Shown here piece by piece: positions 23,698 to 36,500 of a stretch of DNA of 64,000 nucleotides. The DNA is from Balamuthia mandrillaris (taxonomy: Eukaryota): assembly GCA_031835245.2 (NCBI GenBank), contig JAVKOQ020000013.1, forward strand, positions 124,001 to 188,000, given 5' to 3'. The notes under the pieces are model-generated. The model did no database searches and was not told where the DNA came from. It saw only the letters and a list, made by a program, of their open reading frames with translations. Numbering within the stretch: the stretch's first letter is position 1; each line of letters begins with the position of its first letter. Made by a program: the position numbers and the translations under genes.

Positions 23698-25481
23698 TCT
23701 TGTGGCTACAGAGTCTCTCTCCTTCCTTATCTCGCTGTTTTCTTCTCTCACACCTTTTTTCGGTATGTTATTTTTCTTCATTTCAGAACGAGGACAAATG
23801 TTTACATGGGGTAATGGGGAGAGCGGTCGGTTGGGTGATGGTATGGCTAAAGGTCATGTGCGACGGCAGCTAGGCTTAGTGCCATACTTTTCAGATCCTC
23901 ACCGTGCTCGCTGTCTTCGGATAGCATGTGGTCCTCGGCATACTCTTGCTATTTCCAGTATGTTTTTTGCTCTGTCGTCCTCTGCTTCTCTCTCTCTCTC
24001 TCTCCATCTATGAATACTGACAATATTTTTTCTAAAGGCTCATCCAGTAATCTAACTTCAGAGTTGGGTAAGGGTTTGGAAGAGACAAATGAAACATCGG
24101 CAATGCTCGCCAATGTTACCTTTGTATTGGAAGGTCAGTATCGACTCAAGGCTCATCGCAGCATTCTTGCAATGCGTTGTCAACACTTTTTGGAACTGTT
24201 TCATCGACGACAGCAAAAACGGTTGTTGAGCAAGAACAAAGAGGGAGAAGAAGGAGAAGAAGAACCGCACGAAGAAATCATACCAGTCAACAAGGTCAAA
24301 GTGGAAACGTTTAAAGCGCTGATGGAGTACCTGTACAAAGACCAGGTCAGCGAACTGTCCTCTCTTTCTCTCAACCTTACAACACAATTGAGAGCATTGG
24401 CCGAGAAATTTAAACTGCAGCGATTGGAGGACATGTGTAAGTTTGCCATACTCTCCAAAAAACAAGCAGCACGCAAATCTACAGAGGAGAGGGAGATGGA
24501 AGAACAAGCTGAAGAAGAGGAGATGAATTATGATCCAGATCTTCCGACTTCAGTGACTGAAACCAGTTTCGTAGCAGACATGCGCAAAGGTTGGAACTGC
24601 TGTGATTACTTTGCCGACGTGGCTTTTAGCTTCGCCCAAACGGATGAAGAAGGCGGTTCTTCTTCTTCTTCTTCTTCTTCTTCTTCTTCTTCTTGTTCTT
24701 GTTCTTCTTCTTCTTCTTCTTCTTCTTCTTCTTCTTCGTCGTCGTCGTCGTCGTCGTCGTCCGACTCCTATCAATCAACATCATTGGTTCACGCACATAA
24801 AGCGGTGTTGGCGTTGCGGTGTCCTTACTTTGCCAATATGTTCCGTTCAGGAATGAAGGAGAGCACGCAAAAGATCATCACGATAAACTACTGCGAGAGA
24901 GATGCTTTCCTCGCCGTGTTGGAGTACATCTACACTGACGACATTTGCCATTCTTTCGGTCTCCCAGAGACCCAGCCACAGCAGACCACTAACAGGAACC
25001 AAGACCTGGAAAAGCCACGCCAAGGACTGTTCGCAACCACTGCCATGCTTTATCCGGAAGAAACGGTGCGGCTCTGCACTTCCCTTTTGGAATTGTCCGA
25101 ACTCTACGATTTGCCTCTGCTGTACGTCTTTCTTCTCTCGCGTCCTTCTCTGTTCTCTTCTCCTTTTCTGTCCAACAGTTGGCTTGTTGAATCTCGTGCA
25201 CTACTAACATAGAAATTATGTTCTCATACAGAAAGGAAAAGTGCGAACAGCAATTGCTTCCGAGCGTATGCACAGAGAACTGTGCTCAGATCTACGCCCT
25301 GGCGCAACTGCACCGAGCACAGCTGTTGGAGCGGTACTGCCTGGAGGTCATCTTGCAGAGCTATTCCCACATCAAGAACACCGCCGGCTACCAGGCTCTC
25401 CCACAGGAGACGCAGGACCACATCGCCAAAGTGCGCGGGGTGTGGTGGAAACAAGTGGGCAAAAAGCACATCTCTTATTAA
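17826..25481 (+). CDS. Giant Ariadne-type RBR E3 ligase: RWD - UBA-like - RING1 - IBR - RING2 - Ariadne - chromo - RCC1 repeats - BTB - BTB (17 exons, ~1842 aa)
   Basis: 16 GT-AG introns totalling 2127 nt leave 5529 nt, one uninterrupted frame. Motifs: GYPEEPP (RWD), [73 protein letters not shown], VACGxxHT repeats, [10 protein letters not shown] and [13 protein letters not shown]. Confidence 0.8.
18174..18320. repeat. (CTGCTCT)n heptamer satellite in intron 2 of the RBR gene
   Basis: Visible tandem heptamer. Confidence 0.95.
22188..22690. repeat. ~500-bp (CTCTGC)n/(CTCTCC)n hexamer satellite in intron 11 (22109-22733) of the RBR gene
   Basis: Visible tandem hexamers; source of the poly-LC/SA/LP pseudo-ORFs. 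Confidence 0.95.
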
Positions 25482-25821
25482 GAAACAACGAGATCGTTTG
25501 CTCTTCTTATCTCACTGCTCACGTTTCTGTTTAAACGCCCGGCGTTGCGAGTCGACCACTTTTTTTAAATGGAAATTGTGCCATATTAGCGGAGCCACCA
25601 GATCGGCAATGACCGCTAAATTCACATAATGAATGTAAGTGCGTGGTGTAACGCACCGCTCCCTAAAACAATTGTGGTTTGGTTGCATTGCTTTTGTGGT
25701 GGGAAAAGGATCCTGGCGATGAAGGAAACGTCTTCCCCTTGGTGTTTGCAGTTTTATTTTTATTTTTTTGCTTTCTTTTCTTTGTTAACTACTCCCTCCT
25801 GTTGGAGCTCCGCCGAGAGAA

Positions 25822-26295
25822 ATGGTGCAAACACAAGCCAAGGAAAACACAGCGGCCAAGCACAGTACCGTCGGTCGGTACAAGAAAGAAACACTCAAAG
25901 GTCTCAACGTGCCCAACGATCTGTCCGAGCTGGTGCTCCTCCCCAACGGAGAGTACATATGGGAGAGCCGGGCTTTGCTGGTGGCGAACAGCTTTGGATT
26001 TACTCCCTCCGATGAGGAAGACGAGACTGGAGAGCTTACAGACAAACAGCAAGAAGAAGAGGAGGCCGTCCACGGGTCTGTTGTGGAGGAGAAAGCAAGA
26101 GGCACATGGACCGAAGAGGACGGAAAGGTCATATTACAGGGCAGAGGCTGCAGAAAAGTTACCAACGCAACTTTTGATTCCCCCAAAGAGATCAACCGGC
26201 AAAAAGTTGTGCAAAACAATGACAAATGGATCCACAAAGGTATTCTCGACATCACAGGTTGGCAGCGAAGAGAACTTGAAGAAGAACAACAGTAA
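25822..26295 (+). CDS. Hypothetical 157-aa single-exon protein, no family recognised
   Basis: AAATGG start, non-repetitive globular composition, A-rich 3' flank, converges on the SHK gene. Confidence 0.6.
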   Translation: MVQTQAKENTAAKHSTVGRYKKETLKGLNVPNDLSELVLLPNGEYIWESRALLVANSFGFTPSDEEDETGELTDKQQEEEEAVHGSVVEEKARGTWTEEDGKVILQGRGCRKVTNATFDSPKEINRQKVVQNNDKWIHKGILDITGWQRRELEEEQQ

Positions 26296-26389
26296 ACAAG
26301 AGAAAAAGACTGAATAAAAAAACGAGACTTGTATAAAAAAAACAATTTTTGGGCTGGGTACAAAAGCGCAGTCTACAAGGAATAAGGGT

Positions 26390-28789
26390 TCACTTGCTCC
26401 CCTTTGTCTTTTTCTTGTCAAGGCCGATGTTGTGGAAGCTGCTGCTGATGTAGGCATCCTGCGAGACAGGGTTGAAGATGTAGTCAAAGACAGAGCCCGC
26501 TCCACATGGACGCTTCAATCCCAATGCTTCGCTTGTTTCTGTGGAAGCAAAAAGATAGAATGTGAGCAAAGCGAGGGAGGAGGCGGGAGCGGGGATAGCA
26601 CCTTTGATGAGCGTTTCGAGGTCAGGATACGTTTGCGGTTCGTTGTTTATCTTTATCACGAAGCCATGTTCCGCTTTGAAGAAACGTTGGTGTTGGACCT
26701 GCCGTTCGTCGTTGATTTTGCTGATGGCGAGTGCTTTCGGTTCTTGCCCGCTCATTCTCACCAAAAAGTCTCCTGGATTTGCGCCTGCTAGTTGTAAACG
26801 CTTTCCAGCTTCTTGGGCTGAGGTTGGTCCATGGAAGTATCTGTTTTGTGCATTCAAGAGAAGAATGAGAACAAGACAAAAGAATGATGTTAAGAGAAGC
26901 GAGCAAAATAAAGAATGGTACAATACCCTGCTCGACAAACAGCTTCGAACTAAACATAAACAAAAAAAGATCAGTAAAAGAAAAGAGAGGGCACCCAAAG
27001 AAAGAAGATACCTTGTTGATAATATCAACGCCCTTTAGGGGACCAAATATGAGCAGAAAGTTGCCAAAGGCCTCCGCTTTCACAATAACTCGTTTTCTCT
27101 CCGACGTGGTCAAATCAGACAGCTCAGTGGCTTTTGAGACAATGTTAAGCTACGCGAGCGCTCACGTGAGAGAGAGGGAGAGGGAGATGGAGAGAGAGAG
27201 AGAGAGAGAGGCGAAGAAGAGAGAGCCAACCAATCATCGCTTCAAGGCATTTGCAAGCAGAACTTTCAAGTTCATGATGAGTGCCCTTCTTTGCATTCAA
27301 GGCATTGATTAAAGTATCCCAATGAATGTAAGTAGGATAGTAATCGCTGACAGCCTCTTTCTCTACTATCTTTCTACTTTTCCATAACTTCCTTCCACTC
27401 TCATCTGTTATCAGCGAGTTGATAATAATTTCGTTCAGCCTTGTGATCACAGTCTCGAAGCTCGGTCTATTTTTAGAAGTGAGCTTCACAGAAAGAAGAG
27501 AAGGGAAGATGAAGAAAAACATTAAATACCTCTTGGCAGGATTGGGATGCCAACATTCACGAATCAAACCAGCGACATCAACAGGAATAGTGTCGGTGAT
27601 TTCAGGACGGTAATGGTCGTCAATGACCAAGTCACAGAACCTCTCAAAGGAAGTAATGCCTTGGAATGGAGTTTCTCTTGTCCACAGCTGATATATGTTT
27701 TTTTGACCATCTTAGAAGAAAGAAAATAAATATATAACAAACGAACAAACCTCCCACAAAATAAGGCCATAGGCATAAACATCAGAGGCTTCGTTGTGGT
27801 TGCAACCTTCCAAGATTTCAGGGGCCATCCAAATGGGGCTGCCCACAGCTTTTGTGTTTGGAGGAGCGTGAGGATCTACCGGCTCTGCATTGGAGAGGAG
27901 GAAAAATATTAAAAAGATGAGGAAATTGCAATACTAGGAAGGAACAAGAAAGGAACAAAGAAAAGAAAGAATGGAAACAACAAGAACGAAAGAAATACCT
28001 TTTATACAGGACAAACCGAAATCGCAAACTTTAACATTAAACGCAGAGTCCACCTTTAGAAAAGAAGAAGAAAAGGAGAAGCAGAAAGAAGAATGAGCTC
28101 AAGAAACAAAAATGCTATGAGGAGATCAAATACCAGAATGTTGGCAGGCTTCAAGTCCCGGTGCACTATTGGTGGCTCCAAACAATGAAGCCAGTTACAT
28201 CCTGCATACATCACCAACTGACATGTTATTCTTGCTTGAAAATAAAGAGAAGAGATGATCAGGAGAGAAGAGGAAAAGAGAGAACGACAAAACGAGATAT
28301 AGAAGAGAAAACTTAGAAGAAAAGAGAAGAGAAAAGCGTGAAGAAGGGACTGAGAAAAGAGAGACGAAAGAAGGAGAGGGCATAGGGCAAAGAAGAAGTG
28401 AACTAATAACTCGCCTTTGGCAATTCCTTTGGCGATCTTAAGCCGGTCCTCCAGGGTGAGCAACAAGTCTTGCTTATGAATAACAGCGTCAAGGCTGCTC
28501 CCGTCAATAAACTCCATCACCAAACTCAAGTGCTCCGGTTCGGTGCAAACGCCCATGAAAAGAAGGAGGCAGGGGTGCCTCAAGCGGCTCATGATCATGA
28601 CCTCCTTCTTCAGCTCCTCCACTTTTTCATGGCTGTTGACGAGGTCCTGTTTGTGCAAGTGCTTGATGGCGACGAGTTGGCCCCTGCAGATGCCTTTATA
28701 AACGGTTCCGAAAGTGCCTTTGGCGACCGGCTCTCCCAACTGTAACTCTGAGCTCTTTATTATAGTTTTTTCCTGTGTGTAACGCCAAA

Positions 28790-28845
<56 letters not shown>

Positions 28846-29007
28846 AGGCCATACGGTGATCCTTTTGACAAAAGAACAACAGAAAATGAAAAGAAAAAAA
28901 AAACATACCCAACTTTGTTCAGAGTCGCTTCCGGCGGTCGTTGCTTTCGCTTTGGTCCTCTTTTCTTTTTTGCCTTTGGTCTTGTGCTTGTCTTTTTTGT
29001 CGCTCAT
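26390..29007 (-). CDS. shk: SHK-type TKL protein kinase with C-terminal SH2 domain (multi-exon; one GC-AG intron)
   Basis: GTFGTVYKG, VAIK, HRDLKPANIL, DFGLS, GSPIWMAPE, CWHPNPAKRP; SH2 motifs YFHGP and GDFLVRMS. Confidence 0.9.
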
Positions 29008-29330
29008 CTTCTTCTTCCGTTTATATTGTTGTTGATCTTCTTCTTCTCCGAACCGATAGACTGGCACCAGGCTAGCGTTACACTGAAGAGAGAACAACAA
29101 AAATGTGTTTTTTCAAAAAAAACAAACAACAAATAACAAATAAGAATAAAAACTTGTGCCATTTTGTTTTTGTTTTTATTAGTCGCTTAATTAATCAAGT
29201 TTTACTTACATCTTTTGCCCCTCCCCGATTCGCACTCGCTGTGCTGACGCCATGCTAATCGTTGCTATGTACATCGCCATATTCAGCTGATGTCACCACC
29301 GATGGTTGCGACTGGGAGGAGGGCACGGTT

Positions 29331-30960
29331 TCACCCATGCGAGGTGGGGGCTGCTGCGGAAGAAGAAGAAGAAGACGATGAAGATGAAGAAGCAGAAGAG
29401 GAAGAAGCAGAAGAAGAAGAATTTATCCCACTGCTGAGATGGAATTGAAGGCTGGGCCGCCATACGCTCATAAGCATGGATTGCCACTGTTGCTTGGGGT
29501 TGGATTGGCTTTGTTTGTTGGTAGGAGCTTGTGAAGAAGAGGAAGCAGGCGAGGGTGTCACAGGGGTTGGCGTGTTGGCTGGCCGAAAAGAAAGCGATGC
29601 GACGGAGGAAGAAGAGGAAGAAGGTTGGTTCTGTTTTTGCTTGATCAACTTGCAAAGATTTTGCAACCGAGCTTGCAGGCGTTGTTCGCCACCTTCACTG
29701 CTGTTGCTATTGAAATCCTCTGTTGTTGTGATAACCGTTGAAGAAGAGAATGAAGTTGAGGATGCTAAAGGAGGAGTGGTTGGTAACGACGAGGACGGGG
29801 AAGAAGATGAAGAGGATGATGATGAAGAAGAAGACGAAGGAGATGGTAAAGAGGCTGAAGTTATAGTGGATGGAGTAGGTGATGAAAGCTCTGACGGAAA
29901 AAAGGCGGCGTGTCCCACCATCGATGGGAACGTATAAGCCGGCGTGGCAGCAGCTCGAACGGTTGCCGAGCCGTTATCCGCAACGGCAGCTGTAGCAGGA
30001 ACGGGAACAGTTATAGCGGAGTCACCTATTATAGTGGTTGCAGTTGTGGCTGCAAGATTGTCGTGGGTGGCAGCACCATCAGTAGGAAGAGAAGGAGAAG
30101 GGTTGTTGTGGTTAGTAGAGGCGGCGTAGGGGGACGAGGGGACAGAAGGAACAGGAAAATGGGCGGATGAAGGAGAAGACAAGAAGGAAGAGGATTCTCC
30201 TTCTTCTCCCCCTTCATCCTCCTCCCCTTTCTTAGGAGTTCGTTCTTGTTGTTGTGGATAGTAACCTTCATTTGTGGAGAAAGAGGAGAAGAGCACATGA
30301 GGACGCAGCATGCGGCGATGACGTTGAATGTATTCCTCATCCTGGAGATACAGCAGCAGGTGGAGCACTGTTTGGTCATTGCTGTGGATGGTCACTCCCA
30401 AATACTCATCTCTCTTCCTTTCCACTTCGCAAACGTGAACATATTTTCTGAGTTTTCGCTGTGCCTTATCTCGAAGACCTGGTAGTGGAGGAGAAGAGAG
30501 GAAGAAAAGAAGAGAAAAGAGAAAAGGAAAGATAAACGAAATGTGCTTAGTAAGTTGTTAAGATTCCTTTTGTGGATTGAAAGGGTACCAAGCAGGACCA
30601 GGGTGTCCGCCTGAAGGGCATACACCGAAGTTTTGTAAGCATGGTAAAAGGTATAGGGTAACAACGTCTTCCAATACTCGAGGCTGCTGTGCTTAAAGGA
30701 GCGAAGGGCCAACAACACTTCCATCAAACTTTCCTTGTCCTGAACGGTGGCTGTCGGGCGTGAAATGGTTTGTCGTCTCAGTTTTGCAACGATCAGCGCG
30801 CATTTGATGTGATAGATCTGTGATGCTATGGAGAGGATGGCGTGTCTGCTCTCAATCTTGTGCGGCACTAACTTCGAAAGCTCTGGCTTGCCTTTCTCAT
30901 CGTAAACTCTCTGCCACAGACAACACAATTTCAAGGTAAGGAGACAGAGAAATGCGAGAG

Positions 30961-31005
<45 letters not shown>

Positions 31006-32791
31006 AAGAGAGAAAGGCAAAAGAGAGAAGAGGGTGAAGCAAAAATCAAACCGAGAGAAGGCCAGTTGGACTCAAATAACAAGGTTTCTTCTTCATCTCT
31101 TGGAATTCCTCCATCAAAGTGACAGCATCTTGTATCGATGTGATGTTGGTACCAGAAGTTTTAATGGCCACAAATCGACTGTAGAGTTCGCTGTTGATGG
31201 CGCCAATGGAATGGCATAACCGTTGAACTCTGTTGAGACATTCTTGCAACCGACGACCATTGAGAAAACCAGGTGCGTGTATGAACAGGAAGACGCAAAG
31301 AACGATCATGCCCTCTGCCATGGAATAGGTATAATATTTTGGGTCCAACGAGTCCATGATGAGCAACGCTCTGCGAAAAAACTTCTCTGCCACTGCTTGG
31401 TTTAACAGTTGAGCTGCACCTATAATAATATAATAATGAAGAAGAAAGAGGTGAGCAAAAGAGCACAAAGAAAAAAAATGAGAAGTAAGATAAGCAACCA
31501 CAAAAGAGAAAGAAGAACAAAACAAACCAAGAGCAAGGGCAACATGCACGCAAAACGAAAGAGGCAGTTCCTCGGTGTGCAACTCCGAGTCCTCATGGCC
31601 CAAAACGTGCCGTATGTTGGGAGCGTAAAAGGTGCTGGGGTCCAGTGGCATGAATAAATACATCTCCTCCACATACTTCTTAATGTATTGAGAGATAAGG
31701 GAGGAGCCATGAAGGTAAACATCTGTGCTAAAGTTACCACAACCTACAATCCCCCTTCTTGCTCGTTTGACTACTATTTCTCCGCTTTCTTCCGGTCGGT
31801 CGTCTTCTTCCCCCTCTCCTTCGTTCCTTACTTTCTCTTGCCATCTACGAGAGTGTTGTTCCGACAGAAAGACTATCTTTCTCTTGCTTGCTGCTACATC
31901 TTGGGTTGATCGGTGGAGATACTGTTGTTGTGGCGGTAGCTGTGATTGAGGCGATGGAAATTGAACCAGGTTTAGAGGTGGGGATGAGAGGGATAGAGAC
32001 GAAGATGGAGACAAAGAAAGAGGACTGGGAGGCGTAGTCAAGTCTGGTGGATGATGTGGATGTGGATGAGGAATAATAGGGGGTGATGAGGGAGCAGAAG
32101 GACAACAACATTCAACGCAACAACAATCAGAACAACAAGCATAGCATTCCTCAGCTGGTTGTAGTTCTTCCGATGTTTGTGGTGGTCGCAGTGGCGGTTG
32201 TGGTGGTAGTGGGTAGTGGGAAGGTATTTGTTGTGGCTTTTGTCGTGGTAGTGGCTGGGACGGTGAAGCAACAAGCTCATCGAGCAATGGCGGAGTGTAG
32301 TAAGAAGAGCAAGAGGAAGAGGAAGGCAAGGGAATGGCTGTGTCTTCCACAAGGCTCAGAGCAGCCTCTACCACTCCTTCTTGTGACGCAAAATGTGGCT
32401 GTCGGGTGGCTGGTTGGGAGGATGAAGCAGGGTAGGGTCGTCGTGGTTGCGGTTGTTGAGCGTGGTGACGATTGCTAGGGTACGTGGCTGAACTGTGATA
32501 AAGGTACTCTTCAGCTGCTTCTTCGGTGAGTCGTACCCTTCCTCTCTCTTCTTCTATTGATGTTGGAGGAGGAGCGTAATAGGAGTTGTGCACGGCTGGC
32601 GCTACCACGCTAGTTCCTCCGGACGGGCGTTGTTGCGGCTGCGAGAGTGAAAGTGGTGGCTGTGGGGACAAGGCGGCAGGAAAGTGGTGCGCGTGAAGAG
32701 GAGGCTTGAAGCGGTGATGCTGTTGGGGATCTACCCTTCTCCCTTCGGTCCTCTTCCGTAGCTCCGCTATGCTTTCGTTCTGGAAGTACAT
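29331..32791 (-). CDS. Tandem paralog A: Pro/Gln-rich protein with a fungal-TF middle-homology-like helical domain
   Basis: Starts MYFQ; core YLFMPLDPSTFY..CVHVALALGAAQLL..AEKFFRRA..SMAEGMIVLCVF; exons splice in frame; clear homology to 33524-36616. Confidence 0.75.
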
Positions 32792-33523
32792 GTTTCCCTG
32801 GTCCGCCCTTGCAAACACAAACACAAACACTAACACAAAAATTGAAAAAGGATCAGAAAAACAACAACAACAAAAAAAAGCAAAAACAGAAGCAAAAGGG
32901 TAGGAAAGATGAAACGGATGATTGATTTTTTTTTTTTGTTTTCAAGGCAAAGGGATGAATACAAATGGATAGCTACCTCATGCAAGTGCTACTCTCTTTC
33001 GTCGATGAAAGCTGAAAGCTGCTGCTGCTACTCGGTTTTGCTACTTTATTTCTTTTTCAACCTACTAACCAACGAACGACGGACAGTCAACCAAAAAAAA
33101 AAAATAATAATAGAAAAGAAAAGGAAGAAAGAAAAACAACAGAGCTACAAAAATTAGAATTTTTCTTTTTTTGCGCTAAACGGGGACAAGTTGGGGGTCG
33201 GGTAATTTTTTTGATCTACGGGAATTTGAATATCCAATCAAAGAGGGGAAATATTTACAAGGCAACCAATCGTTAATCAAAAAGTATAGATCATTCCACT
33301 TCGGAAAAATTGTGAAGGGAAAGGTAATTGTCGCAATGGCCTTTCCTTTTTTTGTTCGTTATGCCGTTATGGCCACCAACAGGTGTATTGGTCAATAATC
33401 TATGGGCGCCTCATTCGCCGCAACAACAAAGGGGTTTCTTAGTTCTGTATTGTTCCAGTCAAAAAAAAAAAAGAAAATCAAAGAAAAAAATCCCCCAAGA
33501 AAACAAACCTGAACAGGAAGAGG

Positions 33524-36500
33524 TTATTTGGCTCTAGCAGAGGAGGAAGAAGAAGAGGAGGAAGACGAAGACGAAGACGAAGACGAAGCAGAAGAGGAGG
33601 AGGCAGTAGATAATGAGGGCGAAGAAGAATTGGAGGGATCTCTTCCGCTAGTGATATGGAACTGAAGGCCGGGCTTCCACACGCTCGTAAGCACAGATTG
33701 CCAGTTCTGTTGCTGTTGTTGTTGTTGGGCTGGAGAAGAATGAGCTATGGAAGCAGGAGTTTGTTGTTTCTTTATCAGCTCGCAAAGATTTTGCAACCGA
33801 TCTTGTAGGCATTTTTCACCACTGCTGGTATGTTCTGTGGATGAAGCAGAAGATGTTGAAACAGAAGATGCTGAAGGAGGTGATGAAGAAGATCCAACTC
33901 TTATAGATGGTGGGGCAGAAGGATAGAAAGCGGCGTGCCCTACCATTGATAAGGTGAATGGCGGCGATGCGGAAGATGAAGAATGATGGGAAGGAGCAGC
34001 AGCAAAGGATGACGAAGGAGAGGAAGAGGAGGAATGAGAGAGAGGAAGGAGTGGTGAAGAGGAACTAATGGATCGTAAAGAAGGAGAAGATGAGAAGGAG
34101 GAAGATCCTCCAGCATCATCAATGTTCGTTGGATGTTGACCATTAAGTAGTGCATTGCTTGGATATGAGGAATAATCATCCTCAGAGAAGCGCATCTTAC
34201 GATAGGCAGGAAAAAATTTGTTGGTGTGACGCAAAATGCGGCGGTGCCGTTGAAGGTACTCCTCATCCTGAAGCAGCAGCAGCAAGTTTAGCACCGTTTG
34301 ATCGTTGCTTAGAACGGTAAAACCCAAATACTCTTTTAGATTTCTTTCCACTTCGCAGACGTGAACATATTTTCGAAGTTTTCTATGCACTTTTTCTTGA
34401 AGCCCTGCAAAAACCAATTCAAAATGTTATCAAAAACATGCAAAGTAAATAATGATGATGAAAGCAAATAAACTTAGGTACCAAGCACAAGTAAAGTTTC
34501 GGCCTGAAGGGCAAGAATCGAAGTCCTATATGAATGGATGATGGCATGGGGCAACAACGGCTTCCAGTACTCAAGGCTGCTACGGTTGAAGGAACGAAGG
34601 GCCAGCAATACCTCCATCAGGCTTTCCTTGTCCACCATTCGATTTGATCCTGTTATGGTCTGTCGACGCAATTTTGCGACTATCAATGCACATTTGATAT
34701 GGTAAATCTGTGATGCCATGGAAAGGATGGCCTGTCGAGTTTCCATTGTATGAGGCACCAGCTTGGAAAGCTCTGGGTTACCACTATTGTCATATGCTCT
34801 CTACAAAAAAAAAGTGAGAGAGGAGCGAGAGAGAAGGCAGAGAAAATGAAACAGGAAAGAGAGGGAAGCAAAATCAAACCGAGAGAAGGCCAGTTGGACT
34901 CAAATAACAAGGTTTCCTTTTCATCTCTTGGAATTCCTCCATTAAAGTGACAGCGTCTTGCACGGTCGTGATGTTGGCAGCAGAAGTTTTAATGGCCACA
35001 AATCGACTGTAGAGTTCACTGTTGATGGCGCCAATGGAGTGGCATAACCGTTGAACTCTGTTGAGACATTCATCGAAACGCCGACCGTTGACAAATCCCG
35101 GTGCATGTATGACGAGGAAGACGCAGAGCACCAGTATGCCCTCCGCCATGGAATAAGTATAGTATTTGGCGTTCACAGAGTCCAAAATGTTGAGTGCTCT
35201 GCGAAAGAACTTGTCTGCTACTGTCTGGTTCAACAGCTGGGCTGCTCCTAATATTTTTTTTAAGTTAGTGATTAAAAGAGAGAGAAAGAGGGAGCGAGAG
35301 GAGAGAGAACCAAGAGCAAGGGCAACATGAACACATAACGAAAGCGGAAGTTCCTCGGCATGCAGCTCCGAGTCCTCGTGGCCCAAAACGTGCCGTATGT
35401 TGGGAGCGTAAAAGGTGCTGGGGTCCAGTGGCATGAACAAGTAGATCTGGTCCACGTATTTGTTGATGCACTGGGCAACGATAGAAGAGTTATGAAAGTA
35501 AACGTCTGTGCTAAAGTTGCCGCTATCAACAACCTCATTCCTTGCTCGCTTAAACGCTGTTGGTCTTCTTTCATGCGTTGGTTCATATTCTCCTTCTTTC
35601 TCGGTGTGCTTCTCCTGCGGCTTCGCTTCTTGCCACTCACGCACACGTTGCACCGTCTTTCGCTTGCCGACTGCCATCTCTGCAAACGATATAGACCTGT
35701 CATATGGTTGTTGCGGTGGTGTTGGCGCTGCTGATTGAATTGGCGTTCGTTTAGAGTCAGGTGGGGAGCGGAGAGCAGAACGCGGTAGATCAGGACGAGG
35801 TGGAAGAGGAGGCGGAGAAAAAGGCAAAGGAGGAGTGGAAGAAAGCCGCGGAGGAGAGGATGAAAGAGGAGAAGATGAAGGAAGACAACAATCAATGCTG
35901 CATTCTTCATTCAACGTTCGAAGTTGTGGTCGTAGTTGAGGAGGTGGTTCCGGTTGTGGCTGTATTCGTCCACGTTGTTGTTGGTGGTGTGGTGGTCCAT
36001 GTTGTAATTGTGTATGTGGCGGTCGAGAAGGAGACGAAAAGTCACCAAAGAACGGAGGATTGTGGTAGTAGGCTGAAGACGGGGGAGGTGCCGTTTCTTC
36101 CGCAAAGCTCAAAGCAGCATCTATAACTCGCTCCTGTGAAGTAAAGTGCCGCTGTCTGGTGGACAATGGTTGTGGTGGTTGTGGTGATCGAGGTGTTGTG
36201 TTGTTGTCGTAGTCGTAGTAGCAGAGGGAACGGTAGTAAGCAGCTTCGTCCTGCTGCTTCTCTACCTCCTCTTCGTAGCAGTGGAAGCCTTCACGACCCG
36301 CTTGTGGTTGAAAATAATAACCAAAAGAATAGTTTAGTGCTGCTTCTTGTTCGTCTTCTTCTTCTTCTTCTTTTTCTTCTCGTTGTTCTACTGCAGAAAC
36401 GTAGTAAGGAGGAGGAGCAGTTTGTAGATGTCTTGAATGAAGAGAGTATTGATATATTTGTTGTGGTGGGGGTTGAGAGGAGGGAGGAGAAGGAGGAGGA

